Origin: Syntrophomonadaceae bacterium
Lineage (GTDB): Bacteria; Bacillota; Syntrophomonadia; Syntrophomonadales; Syntrophomonadaceae
Length of the DNA: 64,000 nucleotides
Assembly: GCA_040217815.1 (NCBI GenBank)
Contig: JBEHWI010000011.1
Location: 19,618 to 83,617, forward strand
Direction of reading: 5' to 3'
Under the pieces are notes generated by a model. It was not told the DNA's origin, searched no databases, and saw only the letters and a list, made by a program, of their open reading frames with translations. Shown one piece after another: positions 46,901 through 54,154 of this stretch. The position numbers and the translations under genes were made by a program. Within the stretch, counting starts at the first letter, position 1, and each line of letters opens with the position of its first letter.

Positions 46901-47292
46901 AGGACTACCAGTTGCAAAACTCGCAGAGCCCCTACACTGATCAACTGCCGGCTTGGGCTGAAAGGGCCATCCTCATTTGTACGGAAAAGGGCCTGATGAA
47001 AGGCTACCCGGATGGAAGCTTTAAGCCGGATCAGCATATAACCCGGGCAGAAATGTGCGCAGCCCTGATTCAAGCCTATCCCCAGGTCATGCAGCCCCGA
47101 TTTACCCTGGCTTTCACTGATCGGGACTCCATACCGGAATGGGCACTGGCATATATTGAACTGGCGGCTGCCAACAAACTGGTTGGCGGCTACCCGGATG
47201 GAACGTTTAAACCTGATGCCTTTATTAAACGGGCTGAAGTCTTTACAATTATCTGTCATTTAAAAGGGTATCACCAGCAGCACAGCTCATAA
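40975..47292 (+). CDS. giant SLH-anchored cell-surface protein (Gly-rich beta-helix-like repeats, 2x BNR/Asp-box propeller, 3x FN3-like modules, 2x Big_2, 3x SLH)
   Basis: The ATG at 40975 follows GGGGAGG, and the signal peptide is 'MRKRCLIVFMCLALLFSSSGFFIMPKVKA'. Asp-boxes include 'TTDGGQNWS', 'TTDGGKTWY', 'STDGGASWT', 'TLDGGLTWR' and 'TVDGGMSWN'. The C-terminal SLH repeats read 'WAHDCIMALIANGIIKGY', 'WAERAILICTEKGLMKGYPDGSFKPD' and 'WALAYIELAAANKLVGGYPDGTFKPD'. Confidence 0.85.
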   Translation: MRKRCLIVFMCLALLFSSSGFFIMPKVKADIENIAEAGARTPPAGSENPQPEEPAANLTNTDKPLEQPTAAPLVVAAEASGDGAVITLSFDRVMKEPGGNESNFCVMADGIRDQVAMASLNMDNSKIDLNLQVPLTGGQTVVVSYTAGSLASVEGGLLDSFSDMKVEVSGEAKEPAGKESDSLNNSILPVEPQTVAENRALLAPVLLRSPSNIHSLGTWGDPMLGSGMPGVNSGDTIVLPGDGAANTSLVIPAGITALIIQGSNTYYGLNIELAAGHPGLTLTIQNLNLAAHDNKAGIDFGNAAGACTLIIVESNVIQAGSSCAGVQVPAGCSLTIDGGGSLTASGGSGLGGAGIGGAGGYNGGSITILGGTIEARGGQGGAGIGGGSGPARGADVIISGGNITATGGDDGSGDDGGAGIGGGKGTGDYGTITINGSTIIATGGSRAAGIGAGDGNGSGGSIVINAGNVTTTGKDGGAGIGDGYGCGNTTITINGGNIQATGSANAAGIGGGDKSGAVQITIYDGTINAVGGSGTTIDGDDNGNDITVQSGGAGIGGACKGGTGGLTIYGGTIQAQGGYNSAGIGSGYKAGSMALIISGGSIKASGGENGAGIGSGKKGGGADTVVSGGRIEAIGGPNAQDIGGGVDGSAGSLTVNGWAVIIADDVIAATGSSGPYTIRILNTTGTSAGVQTVTLKTGAGGDCISGATGSDGLFGSFYLKNNTDYQVAVAGYKIHKSGETDFQDATTFNSGTSAGTLDFVINNAPTVNGWSIMTAPESGTYRRIYGEGNRVWTIGGNKVFYSENYPLVPLSEQYSRDGLPPYDMSFFQSGNVTRGWVVGYGTTGAHTTDLSGTAWENMQMLGGGTLCAVDFPSANVGYASGTAKVLIKTTDGGQNWSVVQVDPQHPLSYSTVSALCFVDENTGYACISDSELRKTTDGGKTWYSTDVTDPYCTTDVFFLDANHGWAVGINKIFRYENGAWYEKDSPYADQHGLESVFFLNQNEGWISGQGGVILHSTDGGASWTPQESGTDKSLLDIYFVASNLGYAVGSDGTILRFTGAAAPTISAPTVATGAVSNIITRGATVAGNVTSDGGSAVTERGIVYSGLANPTLDSGRKAVVATAGTGQFSVNITNLMSGTIAHARAYATNSKGTSYGEDVSFTTATANGLTVTTGDITDISSKGARVTGYAIPGNLAGIIERGVVYSTNANPTFNDFKVPYTADALEGPILVNLTYLNPNTTYHVRAYAIDSQNIAVYGEDKVFTSAAGTYGWTDLSVNLPANARLDPDLPDNAQGATTMMAMDFVDANNGWLALTRYANNQPVNELLITHDGGATFQVVPAPAEFYSISFKSASEGLAAGNDGRIYRTLDGGLTWRNAGSGVRPYYAVTYPKESDSGYACGYWMRLSRVRPVDPVTGNETGLESMPRETGIEGWSENLNCISFVPSGNSWEGWAGGVEAIIHWTGTEWRADGTYPSSDVLVNGSGGSHNGICMVDNKEGWCVMDGGFILHTANGLEWTIQASPDVYKIGINDYGLHRTLMDVDFLNNQEGWAVGSKGVVLHTVDGGMSWNMEAPGMTNRMMTSVKAISPTCGYALGNDGTFLKYGTSGEAVINAPTVTTGTVSGVSDTSASVAGNVAYDGGSTVTERGVVYSTSADPTIENGTKVTAAAAGIGEFSVNLTGLTPGSTYHVRAFATNNVGTRYGEDKTFTSETSTVGVSRITLNKNETALSAGLQELLIATVLPENAGDKRVLWTIASESEAGVLTVVDGLISAQKQGTARVRATSAVNPEAYAECIVTVNPPTLLRISLTPETVSLTTGQSKEMKVTAFYSDQSSVDVTSGSNYSFSGSSIASISSAGLLTANSPGMVVLTATYQEKQDTVNITVASSGGGGGSASNSTEPINTPKAEQVQTPLESEVKRPADEPSDLTGHWAHDCIMALIANGIIKGYLDLTIRPEQEITRAEAASLLVQSLGLQDYQLQNSQSPYTDQLPAWAERAILICTEKGLMKGYPDGSFKPDQHITRAEMCAALIQAYPQVMQPRFTLAFTDRDSIPEWALAYIELAAANKLVGGYPDGTFKPDAFIKRAEVFTIICHLKGYHQQHSS
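41985..42930 (+). repeat. coding tandem repeats: ~12-13 degenerate 22-30-aa Gly-rich units ('I.I.GG.I.A.GG..GAGIGGG')
   Basis: GGCGGTG/GGAATTGGCGG-type DNA recurs periodically within the giant ORF. Confidence 0.8.
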
Positions 47293-47342
47293 TTCTAATA
47301 TCGAAAGGCCTGGTCGTTTAATAGTAATACTGCAAGGAATTT

Positions 47343-47385
47343 AAGCCCTCCTAAAGGGAGCGTCTTTTAGGGGGGCTTCTAATTT
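47343..47385 (+). terminator. rho-independent terminator after the giant gene
   Basis: 13-bp stem AAGCCCTCCTAAA / TTTAGGGGGGCTT (one G-U pair), followed by an AT/T-rich tract. Confidence 0.6.
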
Positions 47386-47489
47386 TAATTCAGGTCTGGT
47401 TTCTGACCAGTCTAGCTACACCACCCCCGATCTTGATCACCATAGATTCTATTCATGGCTTCCCCTGAAAAGCAATATCTCTATAAGGG

Positions 47490-47975
47490 GTGAGAAAATT
47501 GGGTAAAGAATTTATAAGTGAAGTAATGAAAAAGGCGGTGAATATTCAGCTGCAGCACAACCTGCCGGCGGCGGCCATCACCGCCCAGGCCTGCCTGGAA
47601 ACCGGGTATGGGGAGAAGGTCTGCACCGATATACATACCGGTCAATACAGCTACAACCTGTTTAATATCAAGGGAGAGGGGCCGGCGGGAAGTGTTTTGG
47701 TGATAGACACCGAGTATCATCGGGGGGTTAAGAAACGGGTGCTGGCTCGATTTAGAGCGTATCACGACTTTGATGAAAGTTATGATGACTATGTTCGGTT
47801 AATGTCCCAAGAACGTTATGCTCCCTGCCGGGCGGCCGGCGGCGATCCCGATGAATATGCCAGGCAGCTTTATGCCTGCGGTTACGCCGCCGATCCCAAT
47901 TACGCCAGAGATTTGATCAAGATCATGGACATGTATGGACTGAGAGAAATGGCGGAGGAGTTGTTGGTAGTATAG
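47490..47975 (+). CDS. mannosyl-glycoprotein endo-beta-N-acetylglucosaminidase (glucosaminidase/FlgJ-like domain) protein
   Basis: 'AAITAQACLETGYG', 'YNLFNIKG' and 'FRAYHDFDESYDDYVRLM' are typical of the Glucosaminidase (PF01832) domain. Confidence 0.75.
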   Translation: MRKLGKEFISEVMKKAVNIQLQHNLPAAAITAQACLETGYGEKVCTDIHTGQYSYNLFNIKGEGPAGSVLVIDTEYHRGVKKRVLARFRAYHDFDESYDDYVRLMSQERYAPCRAAGGDPDEYARQLYACGYAADPNYARDLIKIMDMYGLREMAEELLVV

Positions 47976-48019
47976 AATGACGGCAGGAAGATATCTAGAA
48001 AAGTTTTGCCCCCCAAAAG

Positions 48020-48280
48020 GTGGATATGGAAGCAGCCTGGCCGGTTGCCGACCCCCATCTGGCCAATAAAACCCTGCCAGCTGTCCGGGTCGCCACTTGC
48101 ACCTATGCCGGTCCCTATGACGGGTTGGAAAAAGCTTATGGGGCTGTTTTCGCCTGGATAAATAATAACGGCTATCAGGTTAAAGTTACTACCCGGGAAG
48201 TTTACATTAATGATCCGGTTGTAACACCACCGGAACAACTTGTAACCGAAATCCAAATCCCCATCCAGACAGGAAAATAA
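48020..48280 (+). pseudogene. C-terminal half of a GyrI-like small-molecule-binding domain (remnant)
   Basis: 'VATCTYAGPYDGLEKAYGAVFAWINNNGYQV...REVYINDP...LVTEIQIPI' matches only the second half of a GyrI-like/BmrR-effector domain. No N-terminal half or HTH lies upstream. Confidence 0.5.
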
Positions 48281-48586
48281 ACTAAAGAAGAAACAGTAGT
48301 GGGGCAGGGGGCTTAGCCCCGTACAAGATGTATGCTTTTGTAATGCTCAGAAAATACAAAAGCCCCGGTTTTTAATCCGAGGTTTTTGGTTTAAGCACTC
48401 GGGTTTTTGCATCAGTCAAACAACATTACGTACGTCCCCCTGATCCCGATTGCCTCTTAGCAATTGGATAACTCTTAACTGCATATTATTATAACACATC
48501 CTGCAAGTAATTGCATAGAAACTTTCTTCCTTGATTAGCTAACTGGGGCTATTATGCTATTTCAGCCCATTCATACAATCGATTAC

Positions 48587-48994
48587 CTAATCCCCTTCAG
48601 AGGTTATTTTGATATATTTCTTGTCCTCACGGACCCAGTTGACAAAACGCCTTGTCGTGTCTACGGATTTCTTCAGGCTTCCCTCTTGATAATCCGGCCC
48701 TAGTATAGAAACTACCTGCTCAAAGGTCATTCCTTTGGTTATCTTGTTGAATTGATCCTCAGTAACCTTCGCAGTTGTCTTACTGAGCATGGTGTGGGAT
48801 TTCTGTTCGACCTTGCCCTCACTCGTTTGCACGGTGATCTCTCTGGGTATGTCGTCCCAACTATACAGTTTGCTGCCGCTGCCCAGGTCCGTCATTCGGC
48901 CTTCGCCTATAATTTTCTTAACCTCATCATAGGTCATACCCAGCTTGATCTTCTCCTTATTTAAGGCAATGTTACTACGTCGTAGCACCTGCAT
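48587..48994 (-). CDS. DUF3862-like (BLIP-like repeat) protein, possibly N-terminally truncated
   Basis: It has two 'GMTYDEVKKIIG' / 'GMTFEQVVSILG' repeats. No signal or lipobox sequence is present, although members of this family usually have one. Confidence 0.5.
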   Translation of the reverse strand: MQVLRRSNIALNKEKIKLGMTYDEVKKIIGEGRMTDLGSGSKLYSWDDIPREITVQTSEGKVEQKSHTMLSKTTAKVTEDQFNKITKGMTFEQVVSILGPDYQEGSLKKSVDTTRRFVNWVREDKKYIKITSEGD

Positions 48995-49143
48995 GTTCTA
49001 CCTTTTTGAACTACTTGCCCTTTGCCTTCACCAGCGTAGTGCAAATCTCATAAGATACCTCAACTCTATGAGTCCCTGGCAGAACTGATGAAAGGGTAGC
49101 TCGCTCCGGATTTTTTTCGCTTTTGGAATTTCCATAGCCTTTA

Positions 49144-50073
49144 TTAACGGAGCGCCTTGCCGGACGCAGCGTTCCAGAAGTCGTTTTCTTGGACGATGAT
49201 TATCAGATGTCCGGCCTTGCGCATCTTCATGGCTTGTTCCACCTTGCGTCCATAGCAGGAAAAAGCCCAGCAGGCGCTGCCCTCATTTGCCACCACCAGA
49301 AAATCGGTCTCTCCGGTAACCCGGGTTTCATACCGGCCTCCCAGAGATTCGATCTTATTTTTAATTTCAAAGCGGGAGGCCAGGGGTGATTTACCGCTAA
49401 AAGAAAAAGTCTTGTTGGTGAACGAAATCACCGGGTCTATAGCACATACACCCGAAATATTCATGGCGTCTCTTAATTCGGAAAGCTCTGCCGGGTTGAG
49501 ATTATAAGATGTTTTTAAATCAATAAATTCAGCAAAGAACACTTTTAGAAAATTTATTTCCTCCGCAGAAAGAAGCCCGTCTTTCATAAAATTCCCAATG
49601 AGGCTGCACAGTTCATCGTAGGGATAGACTCCGGTCAAATGAAGGTTTTGGTCCAGCCAGGCTTCTAATAGTTCGATTTCCCTGGTTTCAATTTTGTTGT
49701 CGGCCATAATGCCATGCAATATTCCCTGCAAGCGTTGAACATCGCTGGCCACCAGGTCGTAGTAAGGATTGTCGCCGGAGGTGTATTTACTGCATAGCCA
49801 CAATATATCCGCCTTCTCCTCCTCATCTATATACTGGTCGGAAAGGGCGGTGCTAATTACGTCTACCATTTCCGAGAAAGAATGAAAGGATAAGCTGTCC
49901 CGGTACAGATTAAACCAGTGGTTTAACTCATTGATCTCTTCCGGGCTGATAACTCCGTCAATGGCTATTCCTTTTAAAAGGCCTTCCAGGGTGTTAAAGG
50001 CTTTTTCCACTTCACTCATAAACATGAATTTACCGAACTCCCGGTAATAGCTGCCCGAAGACACTGCCTTCAC
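49144..50073 (-). CDS. TerB-like repeat protein with a C-terminal BRCT domain
   Basis: Three 'DG.I...EI..L..W' helical repeats are present (co-chaperone DjlA-N/TerB-like). The C-terminus 'KTFSFSGKSPLASRFEIKNKIESLGGRYETRVTGETDFLVV..EG....KVEQAMK' resembles the LigA-type BRCT domain. The start codon is uncertain (GTG at 50073 or ATG at 50025/50019). Confidence 0.6.
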   Translation of the reverse strand: MKAVSSGSYYREFGKFMFMSEVEKAFNTLEGLLKGIAIDGVISPEEINELNHWFNLYRDSLSFHSFSEMVDVISTALSDQYIDEEEKADILWLCSKYTSGDNPYYDLVASDVQRLQGILHGIMADNKIETREIELLEAWLDQNLHLTGVYPYDELCSLIGNFMKDGLLSAEEINFLKVFFAEFIDLKTSYNLNPAELSELRDAMNISGVCAIDPVISFTNKTFSFSGKSPLASRFEIKNKIESLGGRYETRVTGETDFLVVANEGSACWAFSCYGRKVEQAMKMRKAGHLIIIVQENDFWNAASGKALR

Positions 50074-50502
50074 CTGCCTGATACAAAGTTGGATGGGTTT
50101 ATATAATCATAATGTTTTCTACCCGGAGGGTTTAATTGCCTTTAAAGAACTGACATTTTTCAAACCTGTCGGCTGAGCAAGATATTACAATAACGAAGGT
50201 TTTGATGAAGACTATTATTCACAATGATAATGTTGCCGTCTTAGAGCGGGTATAACACTCCTATCTCATTTATACATGCAATAATATTCCCCTTTCAAAG
50301 ATTTGGCTTTATTATACAATTAATGGTTAAGGTATGAGGCAGCACAACTCCAATTGGAAAGGAGCAGTTGGATTGATGGATAATAACATGGTCTTTAACA
50401 AGTTTGGGGATCATTATATTGCTGATGATATGACGATATCAATTTATTTATCAGGGCTCTTTTCAAACCACGTTTAATTAAGTTAAAAAGGTGAATGGAT
50501 AA

Positions 50503-51648
50503 ATGTTTAGAGTGTTGACTGCAGCCAAGGTCGTTATATACATCCTGGTTTACTACCGGGTTTTTAAGCATACGCCGCTCAGCTTCGAGCTTATAATCCT
50601 GGCCCTGGCTTTGTTGGTGAGCGGTTTTTGGCGCAGCTATTACAACTATGACCGCCTTAAAATAAATACCTTCACCCTGAACCTGGATTTGCTGCTGGCC
50701 TTTTTGTTCTCCCTAATTGTTCATAATGGCAGTTTTGATAAACTGTTTATCATGTTCATGCTGGAAGGGATAGCAGTGCTGCCCAGGCCGCAGTGGATCA
50801 TTTATCTGGCCTTTAACCTGGCTGTCAATGGCTCAGCTTTAGCTCTGTATGACTGGCGCACCGACGGACTGGTTCAAGCGCCGGAAGCAGCACAAGTCCT
50901 GCTTTACTGCTTGTTTTTCCTTCTTGTATGGAGCGAGAGAAGGCAGCGGGAGCAAAGCCGGGCCTATAAAAAACTTAGCCAGGAGCTTCTCTATACCAAT
51001 ATGCAGCTTAAGGAAAGCATAGCCTGGAGTGACAAGCTTGCCTCCCAGGCGGAGCGCAGGCGTATAGCTGCCGAGATGCATGACAGCCTGGGGCATGATC
51101 TTACCGCTCTGATCCTAACCCTGGAGGCCGGAAGAAAACTGATGCAGCGGGACCGTGAAGCCTCGATGGGGTATTGGGATAAATCCCTGGAGCTGGCCCG
51201 GGGGGCTATAACTTCAGTGCGGGAACTGGTTTCCAGTACTAAGGAGTCCAATTCAGGTTTTGAGTTGATTGCCAGTTTACACAAGATGGCCAGCGTGATG
51301 GAAGAACTAAATCTTTTAAGGATAGAGCTGGATATTGAAGCGGATGATATTGAGTTGTCCGAGATAGAGCAGTTTAACATTTACCGGGTGTTTCAGGAGG
51401 CTGTAACCAACACCATGAAGCACGCCAATGCCGACCGGGCTGGCATATCTATTTTAGGGGAAGGAAGCCGGCTGCGTTTCAATTACTGGGACAACGGCTC
51501 GGGTGTGGCTGAGATCAGAGCGGGAAACGGCCTTGAAGGTATAGCGGCCCGGGTGGCTGAAATACATGGCGCGATCAGTTTTGAATCATCGATAGGAGGC
51601 GGTTTTAGGATGCACGGTCTTATTGAAAAGCCAGGCGGGAATTCATGA
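50503..51648 (+). CDS. membrane sensor histidine kinase, HisKA_3 (NarL-partner) type
   Basis: About five N-terminal TM helices with no large extracytoplasmic loop. The H-box is 'ERRRIAAEMHDSLGHDLTAL', and HATPase_c motifs are 'DNGSGV' and 'GNGLEGI'. Confidence 0.85.
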   Translation: MFRVLTAAKVVIYILVYYRVFKHTPLSFELIILALALLVSGFWRSYYNYDRLKINTFTLNLDLLLAFLFSLIVHNGSFDKLFIMFMLEGIAVLPRPQWIIYLAFNLAVNGSALALYDWRTDGLVQAPEAAQVLLYCLFFLLVWSERRQREQSRAYKKLSQELLYTNMQLKESIAWSDKLASQAERRRIAAEMHDSLGHDLTALILTLEAGRKLMQRDREASMGYWDKSLELARGAITSVRELVSSTKESNSGFELIASLHKMASVMEELNLLRIELDIEADDIELSEIEQFNIYRVFQEAVTNTMKHANADRAGISILGEGSRLRFNYWDNGSGVAEIRAGNGLEGIAARVAEIHGAISFESSIGGGFRMHGLIEKPGGNS

Positions 51649-52295
51649 AGAGGATTAGGATTCTCATTGTCGATGACCAGTTGATCGTCCGTGAAGGGCT
51701 CAAAACCATCCTTCAATTGGAAGAAGATTTTGAAATAGTGGGAACCGGCTGCAACGGTCAGGAGGCCCTGGATCTGTGCGTCTCCACCAGGCCGGATGTG
51801 GTCCTAATGGATGCCCGGATGCCGGTGGCAGGCGGTGCTGAAGCGACCCGGGAGATAATAAGCCGCTTTCCGGAAATGAAAGTATTGATGCTCACCGTAT
51901 TTAATGAAGACGCTCTCATAATTGAAGGAATACGAAGCGGAGTAAAAGGCTTTTTATTAAAGGACCTTCCCGCCGAAGACCTGTGCCGAAATATAAGAGA
52001 AGTATATAAGGGAGGAGCAGTTTTGCACCCCGAAGTTGCCGCCCGGGTAATGCAAAGAATAGCAAGTCCAAGTTCGGAATCCACGTTCGATGATTTGCCG
52101 CCTGGCGAGCTGGAGCAGCTGACCAGGAGGGAAAAGGAAGTATGGCAATTGGTGGGCCGGGGTTTGTCGAATGCCGAGATCGCTTCCGCACTATTTATAA
52201 GTGAAGGGACTGTTAAAAACCATGTAAGCAGCCTCCTGGCCAAACTGCAGGTCAGAGACCGGACCCGGTTGGCCCTGCTGGCCCGAAAAGCATGA
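51645..52295 (+). CDS. NarL/FixJ (LuxR-type) response regulator
   Basis: The REC domain reads 'RILIVDDQLIVREGL...DVVLMDARMP'. The C-terminal GerE HTH reads 'LTRREKEVWQLVGRGLSNAEIASALFISEGTVKNHVSSLLAKL'. A 4-nt overlap with the kinase gene suggests translational coupling. Confidence 0.9.
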   Translation: MKRIRILIVDDQLIVREGLKTILQLEEDFEIVGTGCNGQEALDLCVSTRPDVVLMDARMPVAGGAEATREIISRFPEMKVLMLTVFNEDALIIEGIRSGVKGFLLKDLPAEDLCRNIREVYKGGAVLHPEVAARVMQRIASPSSESTFDDLPPGELEQLTRREKEVWQLVGRGLSNAEIASALFISEGTVKNHVSSLLAKLQVRDRTRLALLARKA

Positions 52296-52398
52296 CTTGA
52301 GACATAAGAAAATCATGCCCGTGGTTGGATGTATAAGAAATCCCTCTTCTTTAGTATTTAAAAGAGGAGGGGCTCTTTGCTTTTCTGCAGCGGAAAGG

Positions 52399-54000
52399 AT
52401 GGCGGGTATGATAGGAAGACAGTGGTTTAGTAAAGTATTGGTCTTGATTCTGATTATTGCATTGGGAGCCGGGGTTTACGCATACAGCGTTATAAAATCA
52501 GTTCCCAAAATGTTTAAGCTGAATGAAGAGCTCAAGTCGGAAGGGTATTATATGGCCGACTTTGAGTTTAAGATGTTGGGCTGCGCCTATTATCTCGATA
52601 AGGGACAGTATGTTACTGCCCTTTTCAGGCTTGGTCAGATGAACCACCAATTGAAGTCCAGAGAGGGTCTGGTGAAAATCCCACAGTTTAAAGATAAAAA
52701 AGAAGAATTGGAGTTTTATCGCTGTCTGCAAAATCCCCGGACTGGAGCCTTTATGGACGATTCTTATCCCCTTTTTACCTATATCGGTCCAACCCTGAAC
52801 GTGACGGAAAAGATGCAGTCACTATCTCAGGAAGTGGGCGAACCTCTGAAGCTCAAATATCCTATAAAATTCCTGGATGAAATAGATACACCGGAAGAAC
52901 TAAAAGCTTTCCTGGATGATTTATCTACCGTTGGCTGGCTGGGCGCCAAATTCAGAACCCCCTACGTGGCAGCAGCCGAATTGGCGGAGTCTGCTACGGG
53001 AATGGAGGAGTTTAACCTTTATTCCTTTTCTCCCGAGTGGAAGCAGGCTTTACTGCAGTGGTTTTATAGTAATCAAGACCCCCAAACAGGCTACTGGGGG
53101 GTGAAGTCCAGAAGCAGCGGGGCATTGCTGGACGGAGGCGATCTAAATTCCAGCGAAAAGATTCTAAAACTGTTTGTTGATATGAAAGGTAATAACCGCT
53201 ACCCCGAATTCCCTTTACGCTACAAAGAGCAGTTGTTTGCCTCTACTCTGCAGAAGCTGTCACAGCCTATGCCCCAGGACCTGGATGAAGTACACGAATG
53301 GACTCTGGTAATGAACCGGGGCACCCGGCTCTTGACCAGGTATTTATGGGGCGGTGCAACTCCTGAGCAAAAAGCTGCCGCCCGGGACTTGATGGAAAAG
53401 ATTGTTCGCAGTAAATATGAGACAACCTTTATTCCGGCGCAGGGCGCCTTCAGCTATTATCCCGGAGCCGCCAACGCCGACCTGGACGGCACCGGGGAAA
53501 CCCTGGGTTATTTAAACGAGATTGGAGCACTGTCCAGCACGAAGCAAAGAGAACTTTGGGGAAGTCCGGAAAACAGCCTGAAAGACCTGGGGGATTGCAG
53601 AGTTTTGGGTTTGCAGGAAAACGATTTTAATGGGATAAAAAATACCCCGGGCATTAACTCTATCCGTTTGTACCGGATCGACCCGGGAATTGATTTCGAT
53701 GCCGGTGTGGCGGGTGTTTATTACCCTAATAAAACAGCGGTTCTTGATGCCTGCGATTTAATGTACCGCTTGGAGCAATGGGCAAATCTTACCCCCCAGA
53801 GCATGGGCAATTGGGTTAGCAAAGAGTCGATATTCAAGGAGTTGGCAGGTTTTCATCCAAACGCGATTCCAGTTTATAATGAGACTATACCTCTTGCCCA
53901 GGCCAATGAAGTTTTGCACCAGGATCATGTTTTGGTCGTGGTGGGGTTTGATGTGCTGCAGAAGCCTGTTTGCAAAACGACTTTTTTACATTTGTATTAA
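52399..54000 (+). CDS. N-terminally membrane-anchored hypothetical protein, co-oriented with the two-component system
   Basis: The ORF is open from 52297. ATGs at 52399 and 52408 precede the single TM helix 'VLVLILIIALGAGVYAY'. I recognise no family for the remaining ~500-aa soluble part. Confidence 0.6.
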   Translation: MAGMIGRQWFSKVLVLILIIALGAGVYAYSVIKSVPKMFKLNEELKSEGYYMADFEFKMLGCAYYLDKGQYVTALFRLGQMNHQLKSREGLVKIPQFKDKKEELEFYRCLQNPRTGAFMDDSYPLFTYIGPTLNVTEKMQSLSQEVGEPLKLKYPIKFLDEIDTPEELKAFLDDLSTVGWLGAKFRTPYVAAAELAESATGMEEFNLYSFSPEWKQALLQWFYSNQDPQTGYWGVKSRSSGALLDGGDLNSSEKILKLFVDMKGNNRYPEFPLRYKEQLFASTLQKLSQPMPQDLDEVHEWTLVMNRGTRLLTRYLWGGATPEQKAAARDLMEKIVRSKYETTFIPAQGAFSYYPGAANADLDGTGETLGYLNEIGALSSTKQRELWGSPENSLKDLGDCRVLGLQENDFNGIKNTPGINSIRLYRIDPGIDFDAGVAGVYYPNKTAVLDACDLMYRLEQWANLTPQSMGNWVSKESIFKELAGFHPNAIPVYNETIPLAQANEVLHQDHVLVVVGFDVLQKPVCKTTFLHLY

Positions 54001-54024
54001 AAGGACATTTATTGCGTCCTTTTC
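54000..54024 (+). terminator. possible terminator
   Basis: AAAGGAC-N9-GTCCTTT followed by a short T-run. Confidence 0.45.
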
Positions 54025-54101
54025 GAGGACTGGCGGACTTTGCAGGTCTGCCTTTTCGCGCGCTCTGCTGCTTTTTAGTGAGTTGACTTGACATTTTGAA
54101 A

Positions 54102-54131
54102 GGTTACATATAACCTATGTTATATGTAACC
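54102..54131. promoter_or_regulatory. perfect palindromic operator GGTTACATATAAC-CTAT-GTTATATGTAACC overlapping a putative promoter
   Basis: 13-bp perfect arms. A TTGACA at 54088-54093 places the -10 region (TAACCT, 54111-54116) inside the palindrome, 24 nt upstream of the DUF4180 ORF. Confidence 0.6.
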
Positions 54132-54154
54132 TAACGTAAAAGAGTATATGGGAT

